In this document: positions 28,144 to 36,618 of the stretch, piece after piece | How the letters are laid out: every line of letters starts with the position of its first letter | How positions within the stretch are numbered: the stretch's first letter is position 1 | From: a virus | Length of the DNA stretch: 51,574 nt | IMG/VR virus record: IMGVR_UViG_3300012682_000002 | Span: 1-51,574 of that record | Direction: 5' to 3' (one strand) | The notes under the pieces: generated by a model | What the model was told of the DNA's origin: nothing | The model's database searches: none | The model's input: the letters and a program-made list of their open reading frames with translations, nothing else | Program-made: the position numbers and the translations under genes

Positions 28144-29366
28144 AGTTCACGCCCCCATCGATCAAACTGAAGGGAGGGGCCGCCGCCACTTGCCGCCGTG
28201 TCTGCCAGCGCCGCCGCGATCACGCAGTCGTCATGCATCCCCGGCGGCGCCCCATAGCGGACAAGGCCACTCGGCAGACGATCCATCTCGAACGCCTGCA
28301 ACTCAGCGATCAGATCGGTCCAGGTCGCAGGAAAGGTAGTTCGCCCGGTTTCGATGTTGAGCGCCAGCGTCTCGATCGCCGTCCCCTTCGTTGCGTTCGA
28401 GGTGGTGAAGCCATAGACCGGCACCCCCTCACGCTGCAACTCCTCGATGTTGGGGTCGCCGATGCTATTGCGCTCGGCGACGACCGTGGTGATCCCCCAC
28501 TTGGCAACCATCGCCTTAACCCGATCGCGCTGAATTTTCCAATCGATCTGGTTGAAGCGGTCCATATCGACGTACGCGCCGCTCACCACGTCCTTGACCA
28601 CCATAACGGTAAAGTCGTAACTCTTGCCCCAATCCAGACCGGCGACGTAGGTGCGCGGCAGCTTCGGCGGGTTCGGATCGGCCGTCGCCGCCGCCATCAC
28701 CCGGCGGAAGACGCCATTGCCGTCCTCCAGAAACTGCGCCATCACCTCTTGGGTGAAGGTCCGTTCGGGCATCTCCCGCCGCATCGCGTCGATCTCATCC
28801 ACGGCAATGAAGGGGTTCGCGTACGTCGGCATCTGCCATGACGCCCAATCGGGTTGCGCTTCATCCTGACCGCGCTGATAGAGATGCCAGAAGTAGTTAC
28901 GCCCCTTCGGCGTGCTCAAGAACCAGGCATCGCCGCGGTAATCCGCGAGCGTCGGTCGGATCACCGCCTGCCACGCTTCCTCAAGCTGACGAACCATCGC
29001 CGCCTCGTCAATGACCACCCGCGCGTACTTGCGGCCGCGCGGCGCATTCACCGAATCAAGCGACCACATATCGACGACGCCCCCCGTCACCAGTTCCACG
29101 CGGTGCTGCTGAGTATCGACGCGCGCCGTCACCGGCAAGAGGATAGCGCGGAGATCGCGCCATACTTCCGTCAGCATCGGATAGGAAGGGCTGAACCACG
29201 CGACCGGCTTACCAGCAAGCGCGGGGTGCACAATGCGTTCGATACCGAGCAAGGTTTTGCCGAACCGCCGGCCACAGCAGACGACGTTATAGCGTGCCGC
29301 TTCTCGGATCACTCGCGTCTGGGACTCGTGAGGCTGAAGCAAACGGATTGATAACGTCGTTGTCAT
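28140..29366 (-). CDS. terL: Terminase large subunit
   Basis: 408 aa. Walker A CCGRRFGKT and Walker B VVIDEAA, with a C-terminal nuclease-like half. Lies upstream of the portal gene. Confidence 0.85.
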   Translation of the reverse strand: MTTTLSIRLLQPHESQTRVIREAARYNVVCCGRRFGKTLLGIERIVHPALAGKPVAWFSPSYPMLTEVWRDLRAILLPVTARVDTQQHRVELVTGGVVDMWSLDSVNAPRGRKYARVVIDEAAMVRQLEEAWQAVIRPTLADYRGDAWFLSTPKGRNYFWHLYQRGQDEAQPDWASWQMPTYANPFIAVDEIDAMRREMPERTFTQEVMAQFLEDGNGVFRRVMAAATADPNPPKLPRTYVAGLDWGKSYDFTVMVVKDVVSGAYVDMDRFNQIDWKIQRDRVKAMVAKWGITTVVAERNSIGDPNIEELQREGVPVYGFTTSNATKGTAIETLALNIETGRTTFPATWTDLIAELQAFEMDRLPSGLVRYGAPPGMHDDCVIAAALADTAASGGGPSLQFDRWGREL

Positions 29367-29709
29367 AGATCACGCGGACGGTGATATCACCGCCGTCCTT
29401 GCCGAGCATTTCCGTTACACGCTTTCCGTACTCATGCGGGTAGCGCCGTTCGAGTTTCCAGGCCGCCGCGGTCCATTCGCCATTAGTAGCGGCCTGCTCA
29501 ATCTTGGCGAGCCAGCCGATCGCGGCGCGGCCCTCGGCTTCTTTTATGGCGTCCGCGAAATCCGTGTCCGCTTTCATCCAGACGGCGAAAGCGTCCTCAC
29601 TCAAACCGCCGTACAGACACGCGAGACGGCGCGTCGAGCCGAGCGCCAGCGCCTGTACAAGCTTCGCGCGCTTCTCAGGCGTGCGAACAGTTGGCCGACC
29701 TGCCATCAT
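29287..29709 (-). CDS. terS: Terminase small subunit
   Basis: 140 aa. N-terminal HTH-like GRPTVRTPEKRAKLVQALALGSTRRLACLYGGLSEDAF and WKLERRYPHEYG. Overlaps terL by 80 nt. Confidence 0.7.
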   Translation of the reverse strand: MMAGRPTVRTPEKRAKLVQALALGSTRRLACLYGGLSEDAFAVWMKADTDFADAIKEAEGRAAIGWLAKIEQAATNGEWTAAAWKLERRYPHEYGKRVTEMLGKDGGDITVRVIYDNDVINPFASASRVPDASDPRSGTL

Positions 29710-29719
29710 TCACCGCCGT

Positions 29720-30028
29720 TCATCGCGCGGCACCCACGTGCCTTAACGTCATACCGTACTCATCCGCGCCGGGCGAGATCGCAAGACCGGCACGTCTCCG
29801 CAGCATGTTCTTGCGGAAACGGCGATAATCGACATGATGATGCCAGCGGCCGAACCTCCAGACGAGGCGCGAAACATCGGGGTGCAACGCCACCTGCATC
29901 TGTGACTTCGCTAGCGTGCCCTCATGAGTGTAAAAGGCGTCGGTGTTGCCGCCACGGAACGCTTGCGTCGTCGTCTTGTCTTGAAGGAACGCGTTGAACT
30001 CAATCGTGCACCAACCGGCCTTGAGCAT
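29720..30028 (-). CDS. GT-A glycosyltransferase-like protein, C-terminal fragment (frame continues upstream to the G8 tract)
   Basis: This frame is open from 30187 and reads ...RGRYNEDTDLSLRMLKAGWCTIEF..., an ED-x-DL-x-LR motif typical of GT-A enzymes. Confidence 0.5.
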   Translation of the reverse strand: MLKAGWCTIEFNAFLQDKTTTQAFRGGNTDAFYTHEGTLAKSQMQVALHPDVSRLVWRFGRWHHHVDYRRFRKNMLRRRAGLAISPGADEYGMTLRHVGAAR

Positions 30029-30167
30029 CCGTAGGGAAAGATCGGTGTCCTCGTTGTACCGGCCGCGCCAGCGGAACGGAACGTCGTTGCGAATCAGGTT
30101 ACAGGAGTAGATTCGAGTGTTGAGGGTGAAGGGCGCGGGATCGGCACGGTGAATGGGGGCGAAGCGT

Positions 30168-30632
30168 TCATAGCACGGCCCCCCCCATCGTCACATTCTC
30201 ATAGCGGGCGCAGAAATCCTCCATACACCGGAACCCGGCGCCATCAAGGATTTGTACCTTTGCGTTACGGTGCCAACGGTAGAATCGCCGAATATTGTCA
30301 TCCATCACCCAATGCCAGGTAGCCCCGGCGGCGACGGCGTGATCCCAAACGAAGTTCCGCGCCGGCCCTGGCCCCATGCTCTTGCGGTCGCCGTGGTCAT
30401 CGCACGGATCGTATGTGCGTTGATAGGCCGGATCAAGGATGAGGATCTTTGTCGGCGCGATCACGGCGGCGTAGGCGTCATACTCTGCCGCCTCGATCAC
30501 AATTCGGTATTCGACACCCATCCGTTCGAGCGCCTTGCTCGTGAGGCGCGTATCGGCGCGACCTTTCGAGACGATGTAGATCGGGTGCTCAGGATGCACT
30601 ATAGGCCAACTCGGTATGTGCTCCCCGGTCAC
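30168..30632 (-). CDS. GT-A glycosyltransferase-like protein, N-terminal fragment ending just after a G8 tract
   Basis: ORF 30168-30716. IYIVSKGR and HWVMDDN (DxD-like). Start is uncertain (GTG 30632 or 30599; ATG 30716 would overlap the ParB-like gene by 128 nt). Stop lies 9 nt past C8 at 30179-30186. Confidence 0.5.
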   Translation of the reverse strand: MTGEHIPSWPIVHPEHPIYIVSKGRADTRLTSKALERMGVEYRIVIEAAEYDAYAAVIAPTKILILDPAYQRTYDPCDDHGDRKSMGPGPARNFVWDHAVAAGATWHWVMDDNIRRFYRWHRNAKVQILDGAGFRCMEDFCARYENVTMGGAVL

Positions 30633-31224
30633 GCGGCGGAAACCAGAGGCTTTTGGTTTCCGCCGTGATCTGTTGCCCAATGCACGCGGAAAAGGCATCC
30701 ACCGCCGCCGCGTCAAGGAATGAGATGGTAATCTGCCGCGCCGCGAGTTGAGGATTTACAAACTCCGGCATCCCGGCCCACTCCAATGCGAGATCCGAGC
30801 CATTCGCAGCCGGCGGAACAACCCCGGAACGCTCAGCCACGTCGACGAGTAAAGCCTGTAGCGCCTCACTCCCCGGATCGACATCACGCAGGAGCGCATC
30901 AAGGTCCGCCGCGTTCGCCGTCGCCATCGCCCCAATCGGATCGTAGGTCGCAAGAATCAAGTCAGCCTCACGCTCGTCTACATCAAGGATCAGGACCGGC
31001 ACCTCTTGATCCGACGTCAACTCGGCGCGCAAATGCCCGTCGATCAACATCAATCCAGCATCGGTCTGCCGCGCGAGGAGCGCACCGGCATAGCCGATCT
31101 CGGCGAGGAGGCCGCGCATCGCATCGCGTTGAGGCTTCGGATGCTTGCGCCAGTTCTTCGGCGACGGCGCGAGATCGCGGGCAGAAACACGGCGAAGCTC
31201 AACGATCCGATCACGCACATTCAT
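30589..31224 (-). CDS. ParB/Srx N-terminal-domain protein
   Basis: ORF 30589-31662 trimmed to ATG 31224, which follows GGAGG. LAPSPKNWRKHP and LMLIDGHLRAEL. The tail ...TKSLWFPP resembles the linker of ParB-methylase fusions. Confidence 0.7.
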   Translation of the reverse strand: MNVRDRIVELRRVSARDLAPSPKNWRKHPKPQRDAMRGLLAEIGYAGALLARQTDAGLMLIDGHLRAELTSDQEVPVLILDVDEREADLILATYDPIGAMATANAADLDALLRDVDPGSEALQALLVDVAERSGVVPPAANGSDLALEWAGMPEFVNPQLAARQITISFLDAAAVDAFSACIGQQITAETKSLWFPPRDRGAHTELAYSAS

Positions 31225-31394
31225 GGATCGGCCTCCGCCAGCATCACCCGCACCAGCTTGAGGTTCGCCGCAACCCCCGGCGCGTAGACCGCCGGCGACG
31301 CCGACGGCAGCGCCTTCAGGATGCCGGCGTAGGCTTCGGCGAGCATCTGGCAGGCGGTTGGCGGAGCAGAGGGCGCAGGGGCGTGCTGTTCCAC
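31221..31394 (-). CDS. Small hypothetical protein (57 aa)
   Basis: Hand translation from GTG 31394, which follows GGAGG: VEQHAPAPSAPPTACQMLAEAYAGILKAL... Its stop overlaps the ParB-like ATG (ATGA). Confidence 0.4.
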   Translation of the reverse strand: MEQHAPAPSAPPTACQMLAEAYAGILKALPSASPAVYAPGVAANLKLVRVMLAEADP

Positions 31395-31422
31395 GGGCGA
31401 GCCTCCTGGACGGTGGGGGACG

Positions 31423-31449
31423 CAAAGAAGCCGCCCACGGGAGGGCGGC
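31423..31449 (-). terminator. Terminator-like hairpin
   Basis: gccgccc (31430-31436) pairs with gggcggc (31443-31449). On the minus strand it is followed by TTCTTTG. Confidence 0.45.
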
Positions 31450-31517
31450 GAGAGGACGGAGTGACACTATGCAGATGCTAATCCAAAGTAGGCGGAAACC
31501 GGCCCCTCTGTCAAGGG

Positions 31518-32048
31518 CTAGATCGCCATCCGTGCTTTGCGGTTGCGGTAGTAGGCCGGGTAGAGGTGGGCGGCAATGCGCGCCACGCCCCATCGCTTCC
31601 AGGCGGCGACGGACCCCTCGTGCGCGGTGCAGTACGTCCGGCCACTCATATCCGTGCGCCATTCACAACTGAGCGCGGGGCAGATACGCATCCGCGCCGC
31701 AATCTCGGCGTTGTTGTAGCCACCGTAATAATGCAGCGCCACGGCGATGCGCTCGTTCCGTGGCAGTCGCGCCGCCTGCCACCAGATGTCCATTTGCCAG
31801 CAGGTGCGGTCGGGGATGCCGAGCCAGGAGCGTCCCTTACCGCGTGGTCTGCTCGACAGCTTCACCTGTGAGAGCGAGCGCCGCGACTTCAGACCCGCTT
31901 TGATCGCGTCCTCCGGTGTGCCGATACGCGGCGCAGGATAGGGATCGTGGTAGTAGAACGGGACATGATCGCGGACCGAATCAACAGACACGGTTGACCT
32001 CCTCACCACATACAGGCACACGCGCCGCGCCGGGTCGGGCGTGGTCAT
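31518..32048 (-). CDS. Sigma-70 region-4-like / LuxR-type HTH DNA-binding protein
   Basis: 176 aa. LPRNERIAVALHYYGGYNNAEIAARM resembles sigma region 4. Confidence 0.5.
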   Translation of the reverse strand: MTTPDPARRVCLYVVRRSTVSVDSVRDHVPFYYHDPYPAPRIGTPEDAIKAGLKSRRSLSQVKLSSRPRGKGRSWLGIPDRTCWQMDIWWQAARLPRNERIAVALHYYGGYNNAEIAARMRICPALSCEWRTDMSGRTYCTAHEGSVAAWKRWGVARIAAHLYPAYYRNRKARMAI

Positions 32049-32446
32049 GGCTGGCTCCTCTCGCCGCTAATCTCCGCCCGCCCCGCCAGCAGCGCGCGGG
32101 CATCGTTGCGAAACCCCATAAAGTCCTCATAGGCGTACCGCTCGGCGATTACCATGCTGCTATCATCCCGGAACGCCGCCAGCCGCTTCACCAGCGCGAG
32201 CAGTGCGTCGCCGCCGACCGCGACGCCCCCCACGTGACGATCAGCTTCTTCCGACGACGCATTCATCCACTGCCCGGTTTCGAGTACATAGCGCTGCCAC
32301 GCGTCCTCGCCGCACACGACACACTCCCGGATAAAAAGGACTCCGTGGACAAGACCGATACCCTCGCTTTTCGCCCAGCTCGTCCTGACGGCAAGGCCCT
32401 CAGCAGCGAAGCGGCACACATGAGGCGCGGGGTTTGGGGTGATCAT
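32045..32446 (-). CDS. Hypothetical protein (paralogue of 32443-32898)
   Basis: 133 aa. Shares DALLALVKRLAA and a C-terminal ...ERSQP, plus about 20 nt of identical DNA at its 3' end, with its neighbour. Confidence 0.55.
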   Translation of the reverse strand: MITPNPAPHVCRFAAEGLAVRTSWAKSEGIGLVHGVLFIRECVVCGEDAWQRYVLETGQWMNASSEEADRHVGGVAVGGDALLALVKRLAAFRDDSSMVIAERYAYEDFMGFRNDARALLAGRAEISGERSQP

Positions 32447-32898
32447 GGCTGGCTCCTCTCGCTATCGATCCCTTTTCGCTCCGCCAGCAGCGCGTGGGCG
32501 TCAACCCAAAGGCAGTGCTTGTCGTGATCGAATGATCGCTCGTGATAGGCGCTGTACGCGCCGCACGAGTCGCACCAGACGCGCCCCTCCCGAATAGCGG
32601 TCGATTCCACTGCCGCCAGCCGACGTACCAGCGCGAGCAGGGCGTCGCGGTCCTCCTGCAGCGCCGCGAGCTCGGCCTGCTGGCGGTCGATGATGGCGAG
32701 CAGCGCGTCGGTATCCTCGACGATATTGCCGACCACCTCCGTACGCCCTTCATGGCCGAAGCACTGGATCGCAATGCGCCCAAGTTGGTCCCGCACCGTC
32801 GCGTCGTTGTTGCCGCGACCGACCGGCACGAGGTCGCGCATATGGCCCAGCCGCTCCCGAATCGCCGCCACCTGCTGCCGCTCGTCGTCAGTCATCAC
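32443..32898 (-). CDS. Hypothetical protein (paralogue of 32045-32446), Cys/His cluster
   Basis: 151 aa. DALLALVRRLAA, WCDSCGAYSAYHERSFDHDKHC and C-terminal ERSQP. Confidence 0.55.
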   Translation of the reverse strand: MMTDDERQQVAAIRERLGHMRDLVPVGRGNNDATVRDQLGRIAIQCFGHEGRTEVVGNIVEDTDALLAIIDRQQAELAALQEDRDALLALVRRLAAVESTAIREGRVWCDSCGAYSAYHERSFDHDKHCLWVDAHALLAERKGIDSERSQP

Positions 32899-32958
32899 GC
32901 CCCCTCCCTTGATCGCCCATCCGCTGTAAATCGCGCGTGCCGGTGGGGCGTAAATGGG

Positions 32959-34971
32959 TCACAGCGCCATCACCTGCTGGCTCAACCTGCCCTCGGCCAG
33001 CCGGCAATACTCTTCCTCTTGTTCGATGCCAATCGAACGGAAGCCGAGCGCGCGGGCAGCGATCAGCGTCGTGCCGCTGCCGGCGAAGGGGTCGATCACC
33101 GTGCCGCCCGGTTGGGTGATCATGGTGATCAAATAACGAAGTAGCTCCTGTGGCTTGACGGTTGGGTGATGGTTGCGTGCGCCACCCGTCCGCCCGGAGC
33201 CAGCGCGCGGCGAGTTGAGGCCGGCGCTGCCGTCCGTGCGGTCGGTCGCCTCGCCGCCGCTCTTGGCGGGGAGGGCGTCGAGGCCGTAGTCGCGTTCGGC
33301 GCGCGACGGCTTGGCGATGAAGAAAAATCTAGATGCAGTACCAGTGTCGCCATACGAGGGTAGTGTGCCTTGTGCGCCTAGTGGCCTGTATCGTCCATTA
33401 CGGCCACCCGCGCCCCGCCCCACTGTTTGCGGAGTCGTGCTCACCCCCGACTGCCGATCCAACTCTCCCGTTGGACATCCCTCCGCGTGGGGTTCGTCGC
33501 CGCAACAGGTAAAGACGGTGTTGGCGGGCCAGCGGCCAAGCTCGGTAACGCCAATCGCGCGTCTGCCTCCTGATCCCGATCCGTAAATCGCGCCCGTTTT
33601 CCCTGTGCCTTCTTGCAACTGGCGTAGTCCTTTCACCTCAATCCGACATTTATCAATATTGATCCCCCCCGTCCCCCACTTGGCGACGTTCGCGGCGATG
33701 GTGCCGTCGAGGGGCGCGCGGGCTAAAATGATTGGCTCCCAGTTAGATCGTTGATCGTGCGTGTTCTGTCCGGTAGTCGGCGTAGCATCGGCGAGAGCAG
33801 AAGATGCCCCCGCCGGGGCGCCGAAACACTCCGCCACAATGTTTGCAAGTACCGACGCCACCACGCGCGCGATGGGTCCGATAGCATCGTCGAGAACAGA
33901 ATGCCTCAGGGTGCCTAGCCAGTTCACCCACTCGCCGCTCGAACTGTTCTCCGCACTCCGAACATGGGACGCTTTGCCAGCGTGAAGGCACCTGTACACG
34001 GGCATGGTGTTGGGCGATATGAGCGGCGCGAGTAGTGAGTTCAAGGTTCTCAAGCCGGTTGTCATGTTTGACGCCGTTGATGTGGTGGACATTATCGTCG
34101 AATCCGAGAGGCCGTCCAAGATGTTGCTCCATGATGAAGCGATGCTCAAGGACGTTAAGACCACCTCCGGTAAGCTGGACGTATCCGTCTCTCCGTACTT
34201 TTCGCGTAATGCATTCATCGCGGCAGCGGCGAGAACAGAACCGCACGTAGCCTCGTTTCGCTCGGCTAGGCTTAACGGTAAACTCCACGGTGCAGGCAGA
34301 GCAGACGAAGCGAACCGCCATAGCAGCCCCCCCAAAGCATGATGAAGATACCGGACAAGCACACCATCAAATGGTACCACATTCAAAGGTTTCTGAGCCC
34401 ATAGGACTGGCTCCCAGCTGGGTTTTAACGCAGTCCCCCAGCCTTCCCATTGGCGGGCGAGGTCGGTGACTGGGGCGGTTACTTCACACTCGCGTTCTCC
34501 GTCGCCGTTGCCACCAATACCATCGCCATATAACCCGCCCTTGCCCATCGTCAAGCTATAGCCGGGTTGTCCCGCCTTACTGCCCACGATAGGCCGCTCT
34601 GCCCCCGCCGCCTGATCGATCGCCTTACTCACATCTAACGATTTCGGAAAACCTTGCGCGTGCATCCACGCCGCGATGCTATCTCGAATTTCGAAGCCCG
34701 CGTCCTCAATCGCCACGGCCATCCGGTGATACGTGCGTGCGCCACCAAAGGCGAGTAGATGCGCCCCCGGCTTGAGCACGCGTAGCACCTCGCGCCAGAA
34801 CGACGGATCGAAGGCGATGCCGGTGCCGTCCCACTTTTTTGACATGAATGAAAGCTCGTACGGCGGATCAGTAACACACGCATCCACCGACGCCGCCTCC
34901 ATGCCGGCCAACACGGCGCGGCTATCGCCGCAGAACAGCGTCACGCCCCCGCGCTCGAAATACGGTGTCAT
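32959..34971 (-). CDS. Beta-class DNA amino-methyltransferase (N6-adenine or N4-cytosine), interrupted by an HNH-ORF insertion
   Basis: ORF 32959-35034 with a likely ATG at 34971 after GGGGGAG. DPPY near the N-terminus. [16 protein letters not shown] and FAGSGTT near the C-terminus. The middle 675 nt is foreign. Confidence 0.8.
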   Translation of the reverse strand: MTPYFERGGVTLFCGDSRAVLAGMEAASVDACVTDPPYELSFMSKKWDGTGIAFDPSFWREVLRVLKPGAHLLAFGGARTYHRMAVAIEDAGFEIRDSIAAWMHAQGFPKSLDVSKAIDQAAGAERPIVGSKAGQPGYSLTMGKGGLYGDGIGGNGDGERECEVTAPVTDLARQWEGWGTALKPSWEPVLWAQKPLNVVPFDGVLVRYLHHALGGLLWRFASSALPAPWSLPLSLAERNEATCGSVLAAAAMNALREKYGETDTSSLPEVVLTSLSIASSWSNILDGLSDSTIMSTTSTASNMTTGLRTLNSLLAPLISPNTMPVYRCLHAGKASHVRSAENSSSGEWVNWLGTLRHSVLDDAIGPIARVVASVLANIVAECFGAPAGASSALADATPTTGQNTHDQRSNWEPIILARAPLDGTIAANVAKWGTGGINIDKCRIEVKGLRQLQEGTGKTGAIYGSGSGGRRAIGVTELGRWPANTVFTCCGDEPHAEGCPTGELDRQSGVSTTPQTVGRGAGGRNGRYRPLGAQGTLPSYGDTGTASRFFFIAKPSRAERDYGLDALPAKSGGEATDRTDGSAGLNSPRAGSGRTGGARNHHPTVKPQELLRYLITMITQPGGTVIDPFAGSGTTLIAARALGFRSIGIEQEEEYCRLAEGRLSQQVMAL
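33743..34321 (-). CDS. HNH homing endonuclease
   Basis: 192 aa. [37 protein letters not shown] plus flanking CxxC pairs. Lower GC than its surroundings. Lies in a different frame from the host methyltransferase. Confidence 0.85.
   Translation of the reverse strand: MAVRFVCSACTVEFTVKPSRAKRGYVRFCSRRCRDECITRKVRRDGYVQLTGGGLNVLEHRFIMEQHLGRPLGFDDNVHHINGVKHDNRLENLELTTRAAHIAQHHARVQVPSRWQSVPCSECGEQFERRVGELARHPEAFCSRRCYRTHRARGGVGTCKHCGGVFRRPGGGIFCSRRCYADYRTEHARSTI
33743..34417 (-). mobile_element. HNH-endonuclease insertion element inside the methyltransferase gene
   Basis: Bounded by the 10-nt direct repeat CTGGGAGCCA (34408-34417 and 33733-33742). Carries a diverged second copy of the WEPxxxAxxPL coding segment. 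Confidence 0.65.
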
Positions 34972-34994
34972 CGCTCCCCCTTCAGCCAGCTCTA

Positions 34995-35690
34995 TCACCC
35001 CGTCACCTCCACTGGTGGCGGGATCGCATGCCAATCAAGCGACGGCCACCGACAAAGCCGCGCGAGATCGCGCCGCTGACGGCGATCTCCAGTCACCGTC
35101 CAATACTTCACCTTTGGCGCACGTCGAACACGCCGGACATACTGCGCCGCGCCCCCTCGGAACGCCTCGCGAGTATGTTTACCAGGCACGATGTAGTCAT
35201 ACCGCGGCGTCTTCCGTTCCATGTCCGTCCATCCGGCATAGTGAAAGTTCGCCGCTCGGTAGACGTAGCCAACGTGTCCTCGCAAGGTGTCCGCGTAACT
35301 CACAATAATGCGCGGCGGGACGCGCCGGAGCGCGTGAGCAATAAACCACGTTTCACTATTGCGAGGCATCGAATCATGCACCCAAAGCCGATTAAGCTCG
35401 ATCACGATGTCCGGATTCGTCGGACACATACCGATCTGCAAATGGCGGCTAGCAGGGATTCCGAGCGTCAAGACGCCGACCACGCCCTCGGCACCAACAA
35501 GACCGAACGCATACTGCATGGGTGGTCTGCGGTGAAGGTAGTGGTAAGTAACGACGAGCGATGCCGCCTGCCGGTGATCGAGCGGTACCACCACCAAATC
35601 TGGTAGGCCCACCATTGCGTCCATGATGTCCCTCGAAAGCCAGTCTTCAAGCCGAATCTGTACCGCTTGCTTCTCGATCATAGCGATCAT
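34995..35690 (-). CDS. Mom-like GNAT-fold DNA-modification acyltransferase
   Basis: ORF 34995-35747 with a likely ATG at 35690. TYHYLHRRPP, IELNRLWV and IVSYADTLRGHVGYVYRAANFHYAG parallel phage Mu Mom (WHYS.., LELKRL, SFSDPEHGHNGGIYKAANF), recalled from memory. Confidence 0.6.
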   Translation of the reverse strand: MIAMIEKQAVQIRLEDWLSRDIMDAMVGLPDLVVVPLDHRQAASLVVTYHYLHRRPPMQYAFGLVGAEGVVGVLTLGIPASRHLQIGMCPTNPDIVIELNRLWVHDSMPRNSETWFIAHALRRVPPRIIVSYADTLRGHVGYVYRAANFHYAGWTDMERKTPRYDYIVPGKHTREAFRGGAAQYVRRVRRAPKVKYWTVTGDRRQRRDLARLCRWPSLDWHAIPPPVEVTG

Positions 35691-35762
35691 GTCTCTACCC
35701 CCTCTGCCTGCTGCCCGCATCCATCCCCGCCAGCACGTCGAGCACATGGCCGACCTTGATCG

Positions 35763-36071
35763 TCATCGCCGCTCCCCCTTCAGCGCCGCCTCAATCGCGT
35801 CCCAATCGCCCGGCCGCCGCACCGCCGCATCGATCCCCGGCACCGCGCCAAGCGCATCCAGCCAGGCGCGCTGGTCGGGCCGCAGCCGGCCGCGCATCGT
35901 CTTCAGCTCCCAGGCCAGGGCGCGGCCGTCGCGCACGGCGAAAATATCGGGGAAGCCAGCCGCCGTCGCGCGCCGTGAATCGGGGATGGAATAAACCAAC
36001 CACGAGTGAAGACGAGCGAACTCAATCACCGCCACCTGGAACGCTCGCTCGCTCAGCGCGCAATCGAGCAC
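35763..36071 (-). CDS. VRR-NUC domain nuclease
   Basis: ERAFQVAVIEFARLHSWLVYSIPDSR...GFPDIFAVRDGRALAWELK fits the PD-(D/E)xK VRR-NUC pattern. Start uncertain (GTG 36071; ORF-track ATG at 36215). Confidence 0.7.
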   Translation of the reverse strand: MLDCALSERAFQVAVIEFARLHSWLVYSIPDSRRATAAGFPDIFAVRDGRALAWELKTMRGRLRPDQRAWLDALGAVPGIDAAVRRPGDWDAIEAALKGERR

Positions 36072-36618
36072 GCTCCTCGCGTCGACAGGGCCGACAGTAG
36101 ACGACCCTGTTTGTCCCCTTTCGCCTGTAGGCGTTCTCTGCTGTCGCTGGGTGGCCACGTTTGCACACTCCTCTGCGCGCAAGCAGCACCATCGGCGCCA
36201 CGCCACGCCACACATTCACTCGATGGGGCACAGGTTCGAGATGATCCGGGTTGCAACACATCCGATTTCGGCAGAGATGGTCGAGTTCCATGCCTTCGGG
36301 GATTGGTCCGCGCAAGAGGGTCCACGCAAACCGATGAGCCGTCGTAGAACCAACTCCCGCCCCCGCGTAAAACCCGCCGTAGCCGGTCCCGTACTTGCCG
36401 CCGGACCACTCCCAACAAGACTCAGTTATCCGCACCTTCGGCCAGAAGCGATCGCTTGGCGGGATCGGCGTGATGACAGGATGTGTGCCACGTCCATTGT
36501 GGCCGTGGATGAATCGAGGCTGCCGCCGAGCACGGATCGGCACGCGACCACCGCACCCGCAGGCACACAACGAGATGTCTTCGGGCATGGGAAAGCCGCC
36601 TCCGCAGATCGCACTCAT
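36022..36618 (-). CDS. HNH endonuclease
   Basis: ORF 36022-36717 trimmed to ATG 36618 (ATGA overlap). CWEWSG..GYGGF..AHRFAW..LDHLCRNRMCCNPDHLEPV. Confidence 0.85.
   Translation of the reverse strand: MSAICGGGFPMPEDISLCACGCGGRVPIRARRQPRFIHGHNGRGTHPVITPIPPSDRFWPKVRITESCWEWSGGKYGTGYGGFYAGAGVGSTTAHRFAWTLLRGPIPEGMELDHLCRNRMCCNPDHLEPVPHRVNVWRGVAPMVLLARRGVCKRGHPATAENAYRRKGTNRVVYCRPCRREERARLRAERASVPGGGD

Noticed and set aside
29287-29366. 80-nt terS/terL overlap as a possible recoding site
   Set aside because: It is probably just an alternative terL start (for example GTG near 29313) or a genuine overlap. No slippery sequence or structure is evident.
31225-31662. 146-codon N-terminal extension of the ParB-like ORF (and similar extensions of ORFs 5131-6063, 21557-22156, 44140-44778 and 49572-50060)
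   Set aside because: The extensions are low-complexity. Internal ATGs with GGAGG-type RBS or ATGA overlaps to the upstream stop give compact, coupled genes.
33743-34417. Group I intron or intein interpretation of the HNH insertion
   Set aside because: Only about 62 nt of non-ORF sequence lie 5' and none 3' of the HNH ORF, so there is no room for a ribozyme core. The HNH ORF is out of frame with the host gene, and there are no Cys/Ser...HN splice junction residues.
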